Assembly (NCBI GenBank): GCA_018696595.1
Contig: JABHQW010000003.1
Span: forward strand, 192,001 to 256,000
Source: Candidatus Woesearchaeota archaeon
GTDB lineage: Archaea > Nanobdellota > Nanobdellia > Woesearchaeales > GW2011-AR9
Length of the DNA: 64,000 nucleotides
Direction of reading: 5' to 3'
Shown one piece after another: positions 48,541 through 57,589 of this stretch. The translations under genes and the position numbers were made by a program. The notes beneath the pieces were generated by a model. The model saw only the letters and a list, made by a program, of their open reading frames with translations. It was not told the origin of the DNA and did not search any database. Each line of letters begins with the position of its first letter. Within the stretch, counting starts at the first letter, position 1.

Positions 48541-49104
48541 TTATTTAATATTATCAGAAACTAATTTCGCAATAACTTCAAAATCACTTTTCATCTGAGC
48601 AAACATTTCCGGATTTCTACCAGAATAAAGATAACTTGCAGGATGAACAACAGGAACAACAGTTATTCCTCGAAAATCAAACATTTGTCCCCTGATAGAT
48701 TTAATACCAGTTTTACCAATGATTCTTTCTGTAGCAAAATTTCCAATAGTTACAATAACTTTTGGTTGCATAACTTCGATTAATTGGTCTAACCGTTCAC
48801 GACAATTCTCAATCTCATCTTTCTTTGGGTTTCTATTATCTTCTGGTCTACATAAGACAGTATTAGTAATAAAAATATCTTCTCTTGACAAATTGACAGA
48901 GTTTAATAATTCTGTAAGAATCTTTCCAGACATCCCACAGAAAGGAACCCCTTGTTTATCTTCGTTCGCCCCAGGGGCTTCGCCAATTAATAAAATATCT
49001 GAATTAGGATTACCAGAACCAAACACTACTTGTGTTCTATTCTTACAAAGTTCAGTACATTTAGAACAAGTAGAATAATGTTGTTTTAACTCTTCGAAGT
49101 TCAT
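48541..49104 (-). CDS. udg: Family 4 uracil-DNA glycosylase (Fe-S)
   Basis: CSKCTELC, IGEAPG..ED..G.PFCG.SG, TNTVLCRP..NR.P...EI.NC and VHPAS motifs. Confidence 0.95.
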   Translation of the reverse strand: MNFEELKQHYSTCSKCTELCKNRTQVVFGSGNPNSDILLIGEAPGANEDKQGVPFCGMSGKILTELLNSVNLSREDIFITNTVLCRPEDNRNPKKDEIENCRERLDQLIEVMQPKVIVTIGNFATERIIGKTGIKSIRGQMFDFRGITVVPVVHPASYLYSGRNPEMFAQMKSDFEVIAKLVSDNIK

Positions 49105-49168
49105 TTAGAGATAGAATTGTTTTAAGTTTATTAAATTAATGAAAAATAAAATATTAAAAAAATAAGAA

Positions 49169-49438
49169 TTATTCTTTCTTAACTTCTTCTTTAACTTCTT
49201 CAGCAACTTCTTCAGCAACTTCTGCTGACTTGCTGATCATCTCAACATATTTGCACTTACCACAAACTAAACGATCTTTGTGTTTACCTAAAAACATTCC
49301 AGGCCCGCACTTTGGACAAGTTCTATTCTTACGAGTAATTTTGTCGCCAGAAATTTCAAACAAAGCAGATAATTTCTTACCTTCTTTCTTAACCTTTTCT
49401 TTTGGTTTTTTATCTTTTGCTCCACCTTTCTTTGCCAT
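49169..49438 (-). CDS. rps27ae: 30S ribosomal protein S27ae (eS31)
   Basis: RKNRTCPKCGPGMFLGKHKDRLVCGKC. Confidence 0.95.
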   Translation of the reverse strand: MAKKGGAKDKKPKEKVKKEGKKLSALFEISGDKITRKNRTCPKCGPGMFLGKHKDRLVCGKCKYVEMISKSAEVAEEVAEEVKEEVKKE

Positions 49439-49866
49439 TATTCTTCACCCTCTTTCTTCTCTTCAGCAGGAGCAACTTCTTCTTTAGGTGCCTCTTCAAC
49501 AGGTTCAGCTTCTTTCTTAGATTCTTCTTCAGCTTTCTTAGCTTCTTCCTTAGCTTCGGCAGCAGCTTCTTCAGCTTTCTTCTTATCTGCATCAATCTTT
49601 TTCTTCATATGTTTTGTCAACATTTCAGTTTTATCCCTAGCTTCTTCACTTTCATAAACTAACGCAAAAAAATCTGCTTTCTGTTGACTAAATTGAGAAT
49701 AAATATTTTTTATAATTACTAAACTAGCATCTTTCTTCATTTCTTTAGATAATGCTTCTACAAGTTGTACATTAGTAGGAGTAACTCCTTCATAATCAAT
49801 TGAACCTTTAACTTCTACTCTTTTTAGTAAATTATTATCTTTCTTTTCTTTGATTTCTACTTTCAT
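49438..49866 (-). CDS. rps24e: 30S ribosomal protein S24e (eS24) with acidic tail
   Basis: MKVEIKEKKDNNLLKR-x-E; position in the rpoE1-spt4-S24e-S27ae operon. Confidence 0.9.
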   Translation of the reverse strand: MKVEIKEKKDNNLLKRVEVKGSIDYEGVTPTNVQLVEALSKEMKKDASLVIIKNIYSQFSQQKADFFALVYESEEARDKTEMLTKHMKKKIDADKKKAEEAAAEAKEEAKKAEEESKKEAEPVEEAPKEEVAPAEEKKEGEE

Positions 49867-49868
49867 TT

Positions 49869-50057
49869 TTACCTTACCTTAATTGCATATTCGCCTTTAA
49901 CTTTAATTCCAATCTTTTCTCCAATCATAGAATTGTTAACATCATTAATAAATAATCTTCCTTGCCAACTGGTTGTAAATGAACTTGTTCCACATGAAGG
50001 ACATTTGTCTCCTTCTACAAACAATTTACATTTTTTGCATGCTTTTTTCTTTGCCAT
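49869..50057 (-). CDS. spt4: Transcription elongation factor Spt4 (RpoE'')
   Basis: KACKKC......CPSCG....T.SWQG..........S.I...IGI...GEYAIKVR. Confidence 0.95.
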   Translation of the reverse strand: MAKKKACKKCKLFVEGDKCPSCGTSSFTTSWQGRLFINDVNNSMIGEKIGIKVKGEYAIKVR

Positions 50058-50058
50058 T

Positions 50059-50616
50059 TTATTCCTCAGCCCCTTTATTAGTTTCGTCTTGTTGGTTTAA
50101 CCATTCAATTTTTCCTAATCCTTCTTGACGCATGCTTAACCCAATCTTAGGATTATTCATGTCTTTATATGAAACAGCAATAATTCTTGCTTTACAATTA
50201 TCATTTACTTTTAGACTTTGACCTGTTTTCTTTCCCTGTAAAACTTTGTCTTTACTGAAAGAAACAAAATCATCCATACTTTGTGAGATATGAACCATTC
50301 CTTCAACTCCGCCCAGATCCATAAATGCACCGAAATCGGTGATATCACGAACTTTTGCAAAAACAAGTTCGTTTAGTTCTGGTTTAAAGGTTAGTAATTC
50401 AAAATCTGTATCGTAATAAGCTGCTCCGTCTCCTGGAACAATAACACCTTCTTTTACGTCTCCAACATCAATAACATTAATAACGAAACCTAATTCTTTT
50501 GAGATAAAGTTTTCATAGGTTGCTTTAACATTAGCTAGAACCGCTTCTTTTCTGCTTAAATCAAACATACTTGGCGGTACTCTGATAAAATCCTTGGCTT
50601 TTACTTTGTAGAACAT
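50059..50616 (-). CDS. rpoE1: RNA polymerase subunit Rpo7 (E')
   Basis: IRVPP, GVIVPGDGAAYY, FKPELNE, FGAF and HISQ motifs; S1 domain. Confidence 0.95.
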   Translation of the reverse strand: MFYKVKAKDFIRVPPSMFDLSRKEAVLANVKATYENFISKELGFVINVIDVGDVKEGVIVPGDGAAYYDTDFELLTFKPELNELVFAKVRDITDFGAFMDLGGVEGMVHISQSMDDFVSFSKDKVLQGKKTGQSLKVNDNCKARIIAVSYKDMNNPKIGLSMRQEGLGKIEWLNQQDETNKGAEE

Positions 50617-50715
50617 TTTAGTTATAATTCTTATTGGGTGTTTATAAAGGTTTCTATTAATAACATGACAATTTTAGCTCAACGAACAAAAATAAAAAAA
50701 ATAAAAAGAAAAGAA

Positions 50716-50841
50716 TTAATAGCCCCGACAGTCTTTGCAATAATATCGATTAGCGTTTTCAACAACAATTCGTTGACCGCAACCTTTGCAACACCGCTGG
50801 ATTTTAAATTTTTTGACTTCCTGAAATACGTGTTGTTTCAG
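50716..50841 (-). CDS. 41-aa Zn-ribbon microprotein with probable CTG start
   Basis: AAGGTG SD 7 nt before CTG; (M)KQHVFQEVKKFKIQRCCKGCGQRIVVENANRYYCKDCRGY with CxxC...CxxC. Confidence 0.55.
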   Translation of the reverse strand: MKQHVFQEVKKFKIQRCCKGCGQRIVVENANRYYCKDCRGY

Positions 50842-50885
50842 TTTGTATCACCTTCTTTTTTTTACACAATTAAAAAAAGACAGGT

Positions 50886-50912
50886 CAAAAAAAGAACTGT
50901 TGTTCTTTTTTG
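50886..50912. terminator. Perfect hairpin with A/T tails
   Basis: AAAAAAGAAC-TGTT-GTTCTTTTTT. Confidence 0.45.
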
Positions 50913-51117
50913 CTTACCTTCTTTTTTTTTAAAAGAACGATTTAGAAAAACTTAATTTCCATCCACCTTCTTTTTTGCGAACTCGTTTAGAGCTCAGCCT
51001 CTCCAACGTTTCTTTCGTCAGAAAAACACACCTAATAGTACTCGAGAGTAAACTAGTATATAAATGTTTTCACGTTTCACCCTCTATTCTTACTAAAAAA
51101 CAAAGATAAAATAAATC

Positions 51118-51750
51118 CTAAAACAATAAATTTCTAAAATAAATTCCTAAGAATCCTAATGCCAACATAATAATCCAAATTGTTTTACTCCAATAAAATA
51201 TCTTCTTCCCATCAAACAACCAAAAAGGAATTAAATTAAACAATCCCAAAAAGAGATTCACATAATAACCAACGAACCAAACATTTATGAAACTAGGAAA
51301 AACAAAGTTTAAAGAGAAGAACACAATAGCTAAAACGTAATTAGTTAATGGGCCCGCTAAACTGATGATTCCATTTTCTTTTTGAGTGATTTGACCAGAA
51401 ATGATTACTGCACCAGGAGCTGCAAAAATTCTTCCAATAAAAACAGCTAAGCCGATAGCAAAATATAACATTTTATCCTCTGCTCTAAACTCAGCAACAC
51501 AACCATAATGTTGAGCAAGAAATTTATGAGCAAGTTCGTGAAACAAAAACCCCACACCCACAGTAAATAAAGAGATTAAAAAAGAGATTAAAAACTGATA
51601 AGAAAAAGCATTAGAAATATTGCCTTCAACTAAACTAGTTCCAGATAAGAAAAAAGCAAAAGCTAACGAAATTGCCAACCATGCTTTGGCAATGTCAACA
51701 AGTTCTATTCGAGAAGTTTTAATTCTTCCAATTTTAATTGTCTTGTACAT
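51118..51750 (-). CDS. Site-2 protease / M50 family Zn metalloprotease
   Basis: HELAHK, ISLAGPLTN and FNLIP...FDG-x-K motifs; multiple TM helices. Confidence 0.9.
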   Translation of the reverse strand: MYKTIKIGRIKTSRIELVDIAKAWLAISLAFAFFLSGTSLVEGNISNAFSYQFLISFLISLFTVGVGFLFHELAHKFLAQHYGCVAEFRAEDKMLYFAIGLAVFIGRIFAAPGAVIISGQITQKENGIISLAGPLTNYVLAIVFFSLNFVFPSFINVWFVGYYVNLFLGLFNLIPFWLFDGKKIFYWSKTIWIIMLALGFLGIYFRNLLF

Positions 51751-51982
51751 CTTCGTTTTTCTCTTTCATCACAATCATCTTATCAAGTTCTTCTTCAGTG
51801 TGAACAATATCTTCCATCTTTTCTTTAAGAAAGTTTTTTAATTTTTGTGCTTCTTCCTCAACTTTCACTAACATATCTAAATCAGAAAAGTTTTCTTCAG
51901 CACATTCGGGACAATAATAATCAGGAGTATCTTTTATTTTGTAAATCGCTTCCTCACCACAGATCATACATTTCTTAACCAT
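51734..51982 (-). CDS. Small Zn-finger protein
   Basis: CMICG...YYCPECA followed by a coiled coil. Confidence 0.75.
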   Translation of the reverse strand: MVKKCMICGEEAIYKIKDTPDYYCPECAEENFSDLDMLVKVEEEAQKLKNFLKEKMEDIVHTEEELDKMIVMKEKNEDVQDN

Positions 51983-52087
51983 CTGTTTACTACGAAAGAG
52001 AAAAGTCTTTAAAAAGATTTCTGATGAAAATAAGAACGACTAAAAAGCATAAGCTTTTTATGTATGTTCTGAGATTCAACAATTACA

Positions 52088-52600
52088 ATGAATGAAAACG
52101 ATTTATTAGATGTTGTAAATGAAACAGATGAAGTAATTGGACAAGATTATAAGAACAATAAATTCACTAAAGGGTTTATCTCTAGAAATGCAGTGGTTTT
52201 TATTAAAGATAAAGAGGGCAGATATATTATTGTTAAAAGAAGCCCACTAAAAAGAACTGACCCCAATAAGTTAGATCTTTCTGTTTGTGGAAATGTTAAT
52301 GCTGGAGAAGATTATAAACAAGCAGCAATAAGGGAAATGAAAGAAGAAATTGGGATTGAGTGTGATGTTAAATTTCTAAAGAAAATCACTAATGAGATCC
52401 CCCACAAAGACACAATTCTAAAATTCTTCACAGGAATCTTTCTAGGAGAACATCATGGAGAAATTGTTACAAACGAAGAAGTTAAAGAACATCAACGTTG
52501 GACTTTAGAAGAGTTAAAACAAGAGATGGAACAGAACCCAGAACAATTCACCTTCGGTTTTAGAAAAGACTTTGAAGAAGTTAAAGATTTACTTCAATAA
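52088..52600 (+). CDS. NUDIX hydrolase (IDI-like branch)
   Basis: LDVVNETDEVIG, CGNVNAGEDYKQAAIREMKEEIGI and PEQFT motifs. Confidence 0.9.
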   Translation: MNENDLLDVVNETDEVIGQDYKNNKFTKGFISRNAVVFIKDKEGRYIIVKRSPLKRTDPNKLDLSVCGNVNAGEDYKQAAIREMKEEIGIECDVKFLKKITNEIPHKDTILKFFTGIFLGEHHGEIVTNEEVKEHQRWTLEELKQEMEQNPEQFTFGFRKDFEEVKDLLQ

Positions 52601-52611
52601 CGTTTCTTTCA
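52588..52611. repeat. 24-bp exact direct repeat, left copy
   Basis: tttacttcaataacgtttctttca, identical to 53040-53063. Confidence 0.92.
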
Positions 52612-52649
52612 CAGAAAAGAATATAAAATCCAATAGTATTCTATCTCTC

Positions 52650-53036
52650 ATGGCAAAAGATGATGACACATTAGAGAATCTTGTCGGACCAACAATTGTT
52701 TTTAAAGATGGCGTCGAGTTTACTGGAGCAGGAATGAATTGTTTATCATTAAAATACAATTACTCTCACGGACAAAAGAACCCACATTATGAAGATGTTG
52801 CCAGTGTTTTTGTTAATGGAGAACTAAAATGGCAAAACCATAATTATTCTCAAGGAACACCAAAAACAACAGATTCTGTAGAGTTAGTTTTAGCCCCAAG
52901 AATAGAATATGTTATGAAAATAAGTAAAACATTACGATTTAAAAGACCAAAAGATAAAACAATAAAAACATTCTTGAAAATAGAAGCCAGTCAAGTAGAA
53001 AATGTTTACCAGAATGATGAACAACTTTGGCCATAA
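52650..53036 (+). CDS. Orphan 128-aa protein inside a direct-repeat-flanked cassette
   Basis: ATG 52650 lies about 30 nt after AATATAAAA inside the cassette; the longer ORF-track frame overlaps the NUDIX gene. Confidence 0.7.
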   Translation: MAKDDDTLENLVGPTIVFKDGVEFTGAGMNCLSLKYNYSHGQKNPHYEDVASVFVNGELKWQNHNYSQGTPKTTDSVELVLAPRIEYVMKISKTLRFKRPKDKTIKTFLKIEASQVENVYQNDEQLWP

Positions 53037-53039
53037 AAG

Positions 53040-53063
53040 TTTACTTCAATAACGTTTCTTTCA
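53040..53063. repeat. 24-bp exact direct repeat, right copy; the 3' end of the PIN-like gene
   Basis: Encodes KETLLK-stop on the minus strand. Confidence 0.92.
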
Positions 53064-53730
53064 TTTCTTTGATTTCTTGTTCAGTTACAGCAGAACCATT
53101 ATACTTTGCTGCCCACAATACAGAATCTAGTAAAGTGGTTTTACCACCACGCTGTTTAGGCATATAATGATTCAACATTCCAAGTTTGTAAGCCACAGCA
53201 ACTAATTCAATAGAACGAACAATTTTTATATTTTTCAACTGATTACTAAAATCGTTCATTTTATCTTTGTTCACTTGAACATCTTTCTTGAAACGGATTT
53301 CTAATAACTTTTCCATTTCTTTATTATTCTCAATTAGTAAACGTAAAGTTCTTTCATCCATGACAACAGCAGAAGCATTGGTTTGTAAAGCACAAGTTAC
53401 TGCTTCCATTTCTCCAGTTTGAATTATGTCCATGTTTTTGTTTTTTATTTTGAAAGAACTGTTAGCCAAATTTTGTAACTGTTCTACTCTACTTTTAGGA
53501 ACTTTATCATAAACTTCTAATGTCCCATCTCTAATTAGTTTCATAACTTGTAATGCTTCAAATTCAAACCGTTTAATTCCTAATGGTCTTTCAACTAATT
53601 CTGTTTTAACACCGGGAGTAATGTAGAATTTTCCACCAAACTTTTCTTTCAGTTTAGGAAGAATCCAAATCAACCGAGACATAACTAGTGTGATGATCGG
53701 TCCTGCGTCGAAGAATAATGCTTTTTCCAT
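53041..53730 (-). CDS. PIN-domain-like protein
   Basis: LFFDAGPIITL...GEMEAV..AL......VVMDERTLR. Confidence 0.75.
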   Translation of the reverse strand: MEKALFFDAGPIITLVMSRLIWILPKLKEKFGGKFYITPGVKTELVERPLGIKRFEFEALQVMKLIRDGTLEVYDKVPKSRVEQLQNLANSSFKIKNKNMDIIQTGEMEAVTCALQTNASAVVMDERTLRLLIENNKEMEKLLEIRFKKDVQVNKDKMNDFSNQLKNIKIVRSIELVAVAYKLGMLNHYMPKQRGGKTTLLDSVLWAAKYNGSAVTEQEIKEMKETLLK

Positions 53731-53731
53731 T

Positions 53732-54286
53732 TTAAACCCCAAATAGTTTCAGTGCTAATTCTAACCTTTTTTTTGCTGAGACTGAAACGTAATGTGAATC
53801 CATCACTTTAGTTCTGCCAGCATATTGTTGTAAGTCCCAATTAGATAAACCCATCAATCCCGCTGCTTGTCCTAATGAAAGACCTTTCTGCAATAAAACC
53901 GCTCCTTTTTTAATTCTGGCTGCATCCATTACATCTTGTAAATGTGTTTTTACTGAAGCGTTTGCACTTCTAACAATCTTAAAAAGAGATTTCACACTTT
54001 TATTATATCTAGCAAAATTTCCTTGTTGTAAATGATTTCTAGCAAATTCCAGTTCTGCAATTAAATCTTTATAATTTTCTTCTTTCATTTGCCGAACAAC
54101 TTTGTATATTGAATAAATAAGAACAGTTACTGAAATCAAATCAAGATTTTTGTATAAAGCCACATCTTCTATTGAATGGTCGCTTAAATCTTTCAATTGT
54201 TCTACATCTTGCAGTTCTCTTTGTTTAAGAATTTCAATAGTCTTAGTCAAATCATTAAGAATCTCTTTCTTTACCTCTCTTCTCAT
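53732..54286 (-). CDS. Helical protein with C-terminal UPF0175-like HTH
   Basis: GLSLGQAAGLMGLSNWDL; ATG 54286 lies about 30 nt after TTTAATA. Confidence 0.65.
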   Translation of the reverse strand: MRREVKKEILNDLTKTIEILKQRELQDVEQLKDLSDHSIEDVALYKNLDLISVTVLIYSIYKVVRQMKEENYKDLIAELEFARNHLQQGNFARYNKSVKSLFKIVRSANASVKTHLQDVMDAARIKKGAVLLQKGLSLGQAAGLMGLSNWDLQQYAGRTKVMDSHYVSVSAKKRLELALKLFGV

Positions 54287-54491
54287 ACTTGTTAGCATAT
54301 TCTTGGGTTTTATTAAAGTTTTGGAAAGAAGCCTATACCACAATTTTAAGAGCAGCGCCAATGGAGGCACATTTTTTGGCTAAAAGACAAAAAATCTCGG
54401 GTGCCGTGCCCTGCTCTTAAAATGATTTTATAACCCAAGTAAACAATTGACAGACCAACAAATTTATAACCAATAAAATATTACTTTCTTT

Positions 54492-54986
54492 ATGGCTTAT
54501 GCAGTAACCCATATCATTCTAACAATCGTTGTCTTAGATTTATTTAGACATTATGTATTTGGAAAAAGAAGATTTCCGAGATATATGTTAGTGATTGGTG
54601 GGATTGCTGGACTTCTTCCAGACATTGATATTCCTCTTAGTTGGATTTATAATTTATTTACAGGACTCTCAGTTAATTTTCATGGTATGTTTACCCATTC
54701 ATTAATATTCCCAATAATATTTGCTTTGATAGGAGTTATTTTCCATTTCAAAAAAGGGAATCATAAATGGGCAAAGATATTTTACATTATTGCTTTTGGA
54801 TTGTTTTTCCATTCAATATTAGATTGTGCTTTTGGTGGTTACAAAACTTTCTTCTGGCCGTTCTACTTCATAAACTTCTGTCCACAATGGGGAATTGCTA
54901 GTTATATGCAAAGTGTAGATGCAATTATATTAGTTGTTTGGTTGCTACATGAAGAAATACATAATAAGATCAAGGATTATATTTGA
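54492..54986 (+). CDS. Membrane-bound metal-dependent hydrolase (YdjM-like)
   Basis: VTHI, GLLPDIDI, HG-x-FTHSL and HSILD motifs. Confidence 0.88.
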   Translation: MAYAVTHIILTIVVLDLFRHYVFGKRRFPRYMLVIGGIAGLLPDIDIPLSWIYNLFTGLSVNFHGMFTHSLIFPIIFALIGVIFHFKKGNHKWAKIFYIIAFGLFFHSILDCAFGGYKTFFWPFYFINFCPQWGIASYMQSVDAIILVVWLLHEEIHNKIKDYI

Positions 54987-54988
54987 AA

Positions 54989-56038
54989 ATGAAAAAAGAG
55001 ACAATTCCCGGAACTATCAGGATTCAAGTGAAAGGATTAATTCCTTATCAGAAAACTAAAACCTCTTGGAAGAAATGTTCTCAAAAGTTTCCCAAAGTAA
55101 AAGAGATTGTTAAATTGTTTAAAGCACACAAAAACTTCAACATCCTAGTTGATAAAGTTAATCCAAGATTCCTTAAAGGACAATTGCTAAAAGGAAAAAT
55201 TCAAGGTGCAAGAATTAACGTTCTTCCAGATGGAACAAAAATAGATAAAGCTTATTCTTTATTCGCAGACCATTTAACAGTTCATGATCAAAAGTCAAAT
55301 GAACATTGGGATGTTTTATATCAGAATCCTGGTGGAACGTGGGCTTATTGTTATTCTTTAGAAAAAAAAGCGAAAAACACTATTAAAAAATATAATAAAG
55401 TTCATCAATTTGATAAAGTTTATTCTAACTTAAACAAAAACGTTTCTTCAGCACTAAGAAATAAGAAAGATAACCTTGCCTTACCTATGTATACTTTATT
55501 GAAAACAAGAATGAGAATTGGTAATGAAATTTATTATAAGTTACACAATCATAAAGGATTAACAACATTAAAGAAAAAAAATATTAAAATAAAAGGTAAC
55601 AAAATTGAATTTCAATATGTGGGAAAAGATGGAGTCCCACAAGATGTTGTTAAAGAATTTCCTGTTTCTTACATTAAACGAATGAAAGAACATCTTAAAA
55701 AGATTAAAAGAGAAGATTTTGTTTTTGTTTCTAATTCCGGACACCCATTACCAGAGAAGGAATTCAAATTAGCTTTCAAGAGGTACTGCGGTAAAGAATT
55801 CTATCCCCATATAGTAAGATCTCATTATGCTACAAGTAAAGTTAAAAATTTCATTAAAGGTAAAAGAAAACTCAACAAAAAGGAAGTAAATAAGTTATAT
55901 TTAGAAATTGCTAGTTCTTTAGGGCATAAAAAGTTCTCAAAAAAAGATAATGTTTGGAAAGAAAGTTTCTCTGTTACTGTGGGACATTATATTGAGCCAA
56001 AGTTGGTTGAGAAGGTTAAAAAAATGGTTAGTAAATAA
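54989..56038 (+). CDS. DNA topoisomerase IB (short poxvirus/bacterial-size form)
   Basis: RIGNE-x-Y, GLTTL-x-K, FQYVGKDG, HIVR, LGH and C-terminal HYIEP (candidate catalytic Tyr). Confidence 0.8.
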   Translation: MKKETIPGTIRIQVKGLIPYQKTKTSWKKCSQKFPKVKEIVKLFKAHKNFNILVDKVNPRFLKGQLLKGKIQGARINVLPDGTKIDKAYSLFADHLTVHDQKSNEHWDVLYQNPGGTWAYCYSLEKKAKNTIKKYNKVHQFDKVYSNLNKNVSSALRNKKDNLALPMYTLLKTRMRIGNEIYYKLHNHKGLTTLKKKNIKIKGNKIEFQYVGKDGVPQDVVKEFPVSYIKRMKEHLKKIKREDFVFVSNSGHPLPEKEFKLAFKRYCGKEFYPHIVRSHYATSKVKNFIKGKRKLNKKEVNKLYLEIASSLGHKKFSKKDNVWKESFSVTVGHYIEPKLVEKVKKMVSK

Positions 56039-56103
56039 ATTCTAACTACAATTAAGTGACAACACCCAAAACATTTATAAACTGAACACGAAGAAATAGA
56101 GTT

Positions 56104-57588
56104 ATAACAGATTATTTTACAGAATATGACCAAAAATGGCACCAGAGAATATCTTCTCTTCATGTTAATGCATTACGTACTGCAGAATCAACTGCTAAAG
56201 CATCAAAGAAATTTAAAAAAATTATGGTTTCTGCAGAAAGAAAGAGACAACAAGCATTAATAAATTATGATCAAACAACAGCTCTTGATTCCTTAGAATC
56301 TAAATTAAGAGCAATAGATATACAAGAAGATTTAGATACAATGGATTTGTCAAGAGAAATAACTTTAGAAGTTGTGCAAATGGAGTTAAGAACACATTTA
56401 CGACAATCATTGACAGAGTTAACTGATATTGGTTGGAAAATGTACCAGGATGATTTAAAACAATTTAATGATGAAGGACAATTAATATTTTATTTCAAGT
56501 TAGCAAATGAATTATTTATGATCAGTGAATTACATGAAATGGAATTTTCTTATCGTACTGATGAACCATTATTATCAGATTGTAATGTATTAAAAGAAAG
56601 ATTATTTCCAAGAGGACCACCTAAAGGAAGTATTGATAGCTTTTTTGAGAGCAGACAAGATGATGTAAAAACTTTGGTCCAAGAATTACAAAGAAATAAT
56701 TATATCACTAAGAAAGCAGCAAGAAAATTAACTCAATTATTAAACCCACTTAGTGCTGAATTAGAAAGAAGAGAAGTGGCTAATATTACTTCAGCGGTAA
56801 GCGAACTTTTTGATAGTATTTATAGTACAATAGAAACACATACAAAACCAGTACCAAAAAAAAAGACAGTTATTGAAGAAAAAGTTGCAACAGGACCAAC
56901 TCCAGAACAAATTGCTGAAAGTCAAGATGTTTTAATTAATTTCTTTGATTTAAGAGAAGAAATTGCTGACAATTATGCTAACCAATTATCTCAATCAGAT
57001 ATAATTCATATGTATAGTCAACTAGCCAACACAATTGGTGACGAACCAGCAATAGCAGTTATTAGAGATAATCCAGAAATTTTAACATATGTACAAACTA
57101 ATCAATGGAGTAAATATGTCAGAGCCTTAAGTGTTATCTGTAACGGAACCGGGCAAGAAACAATTGAAAGTTATCCCACAAATGAATATTCCTCTTTAGA
57201 AAGAGCTTTAGAATTAAAACAAAAAGTTAATTCGTTTGCTAATAGTAAAGATACAGCAGAAATAACTGAAGAATTAACAAAACCAGAATTTGAATTATAC
57301 AGATATACCTTTCTTCATACAGGAAATGAACATGTAAATAGAAGAAGAGAAAGTTTAATTAAAAAAGGAAAAGTAACAGTTACAGACCGAGATCATTGGA
57401 ATGGAGGAAGTTCTGGTGCAAGAGGAAATAACATCATCATGAAATTAGATTATGAAATCGGGATTTTGTTTTCAGACTTGGGCTTACCAGAACCTGATTG
57501 TAATCCTAATTTTGGTCAAAGAACATTATCTATTTCTCCACAAGACCAAGCTAACCTAGCAGAAGTTGCTGCTTTATATTGTAAATAA
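56104..57588 (+). CDS. Orphan helical protein (ATG 56224; possible ATA start at 56104)
   Basis: Frame open 40 codons upstream of the ATG; ATA lies exactly 30 nt after TTTATAA; bounded by GTAAATAAAT at 56031-56040 and 57581-57590. Confidence 0.65.
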   Translation: MTDYFTEYDQKWHQRISSLHVNALRTAESTAKASKKFKKIMVSAERKRQQALINYDQTTALDSLESKLRAIDIQEDLDTMDLSREITLEVVQMELRTHLRQSLTELTDIGWKMYQDDLKQFNDEGQLIFYFKLANELFMISELHEMEFSYRTDEPLLSDCNVLKERLFPRGPPKGSIDSFFESRQDDVKTLVQELQRNNYITKKAARKLTQLLNPLSAELERREVANITSAVSELFDSIYSTIETHTKPVPKKKTVIEEKVATGPTPEQIAESQDVLINFFDLREEIADNYANQLSQSDIIHMYSQLANTIGDEPAIAVIRDNPEILTYVQTNQWSKYVRALSVICNGTGQETIESYPTNEYSSLERALELKQKVNSFANSKDTAEITEELTKPEFELYRYTFLHTGNEHVNRRRESLIKKGKVTVTDRDHWNGGSSGARGNNIIMKLDYEIGILFSDLGLPEPDCNPNFGQRTLSISPQDQANLAEVAALYCK

Positions 57589-57589
57589 A

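Noticed and set aside
44996-56874. Poly-A tracts inside ORFs (near 44996 and 56866) as phase-variation switches
   Set aside because: Frames are intact and Lys-rich A runs are common at this base composition
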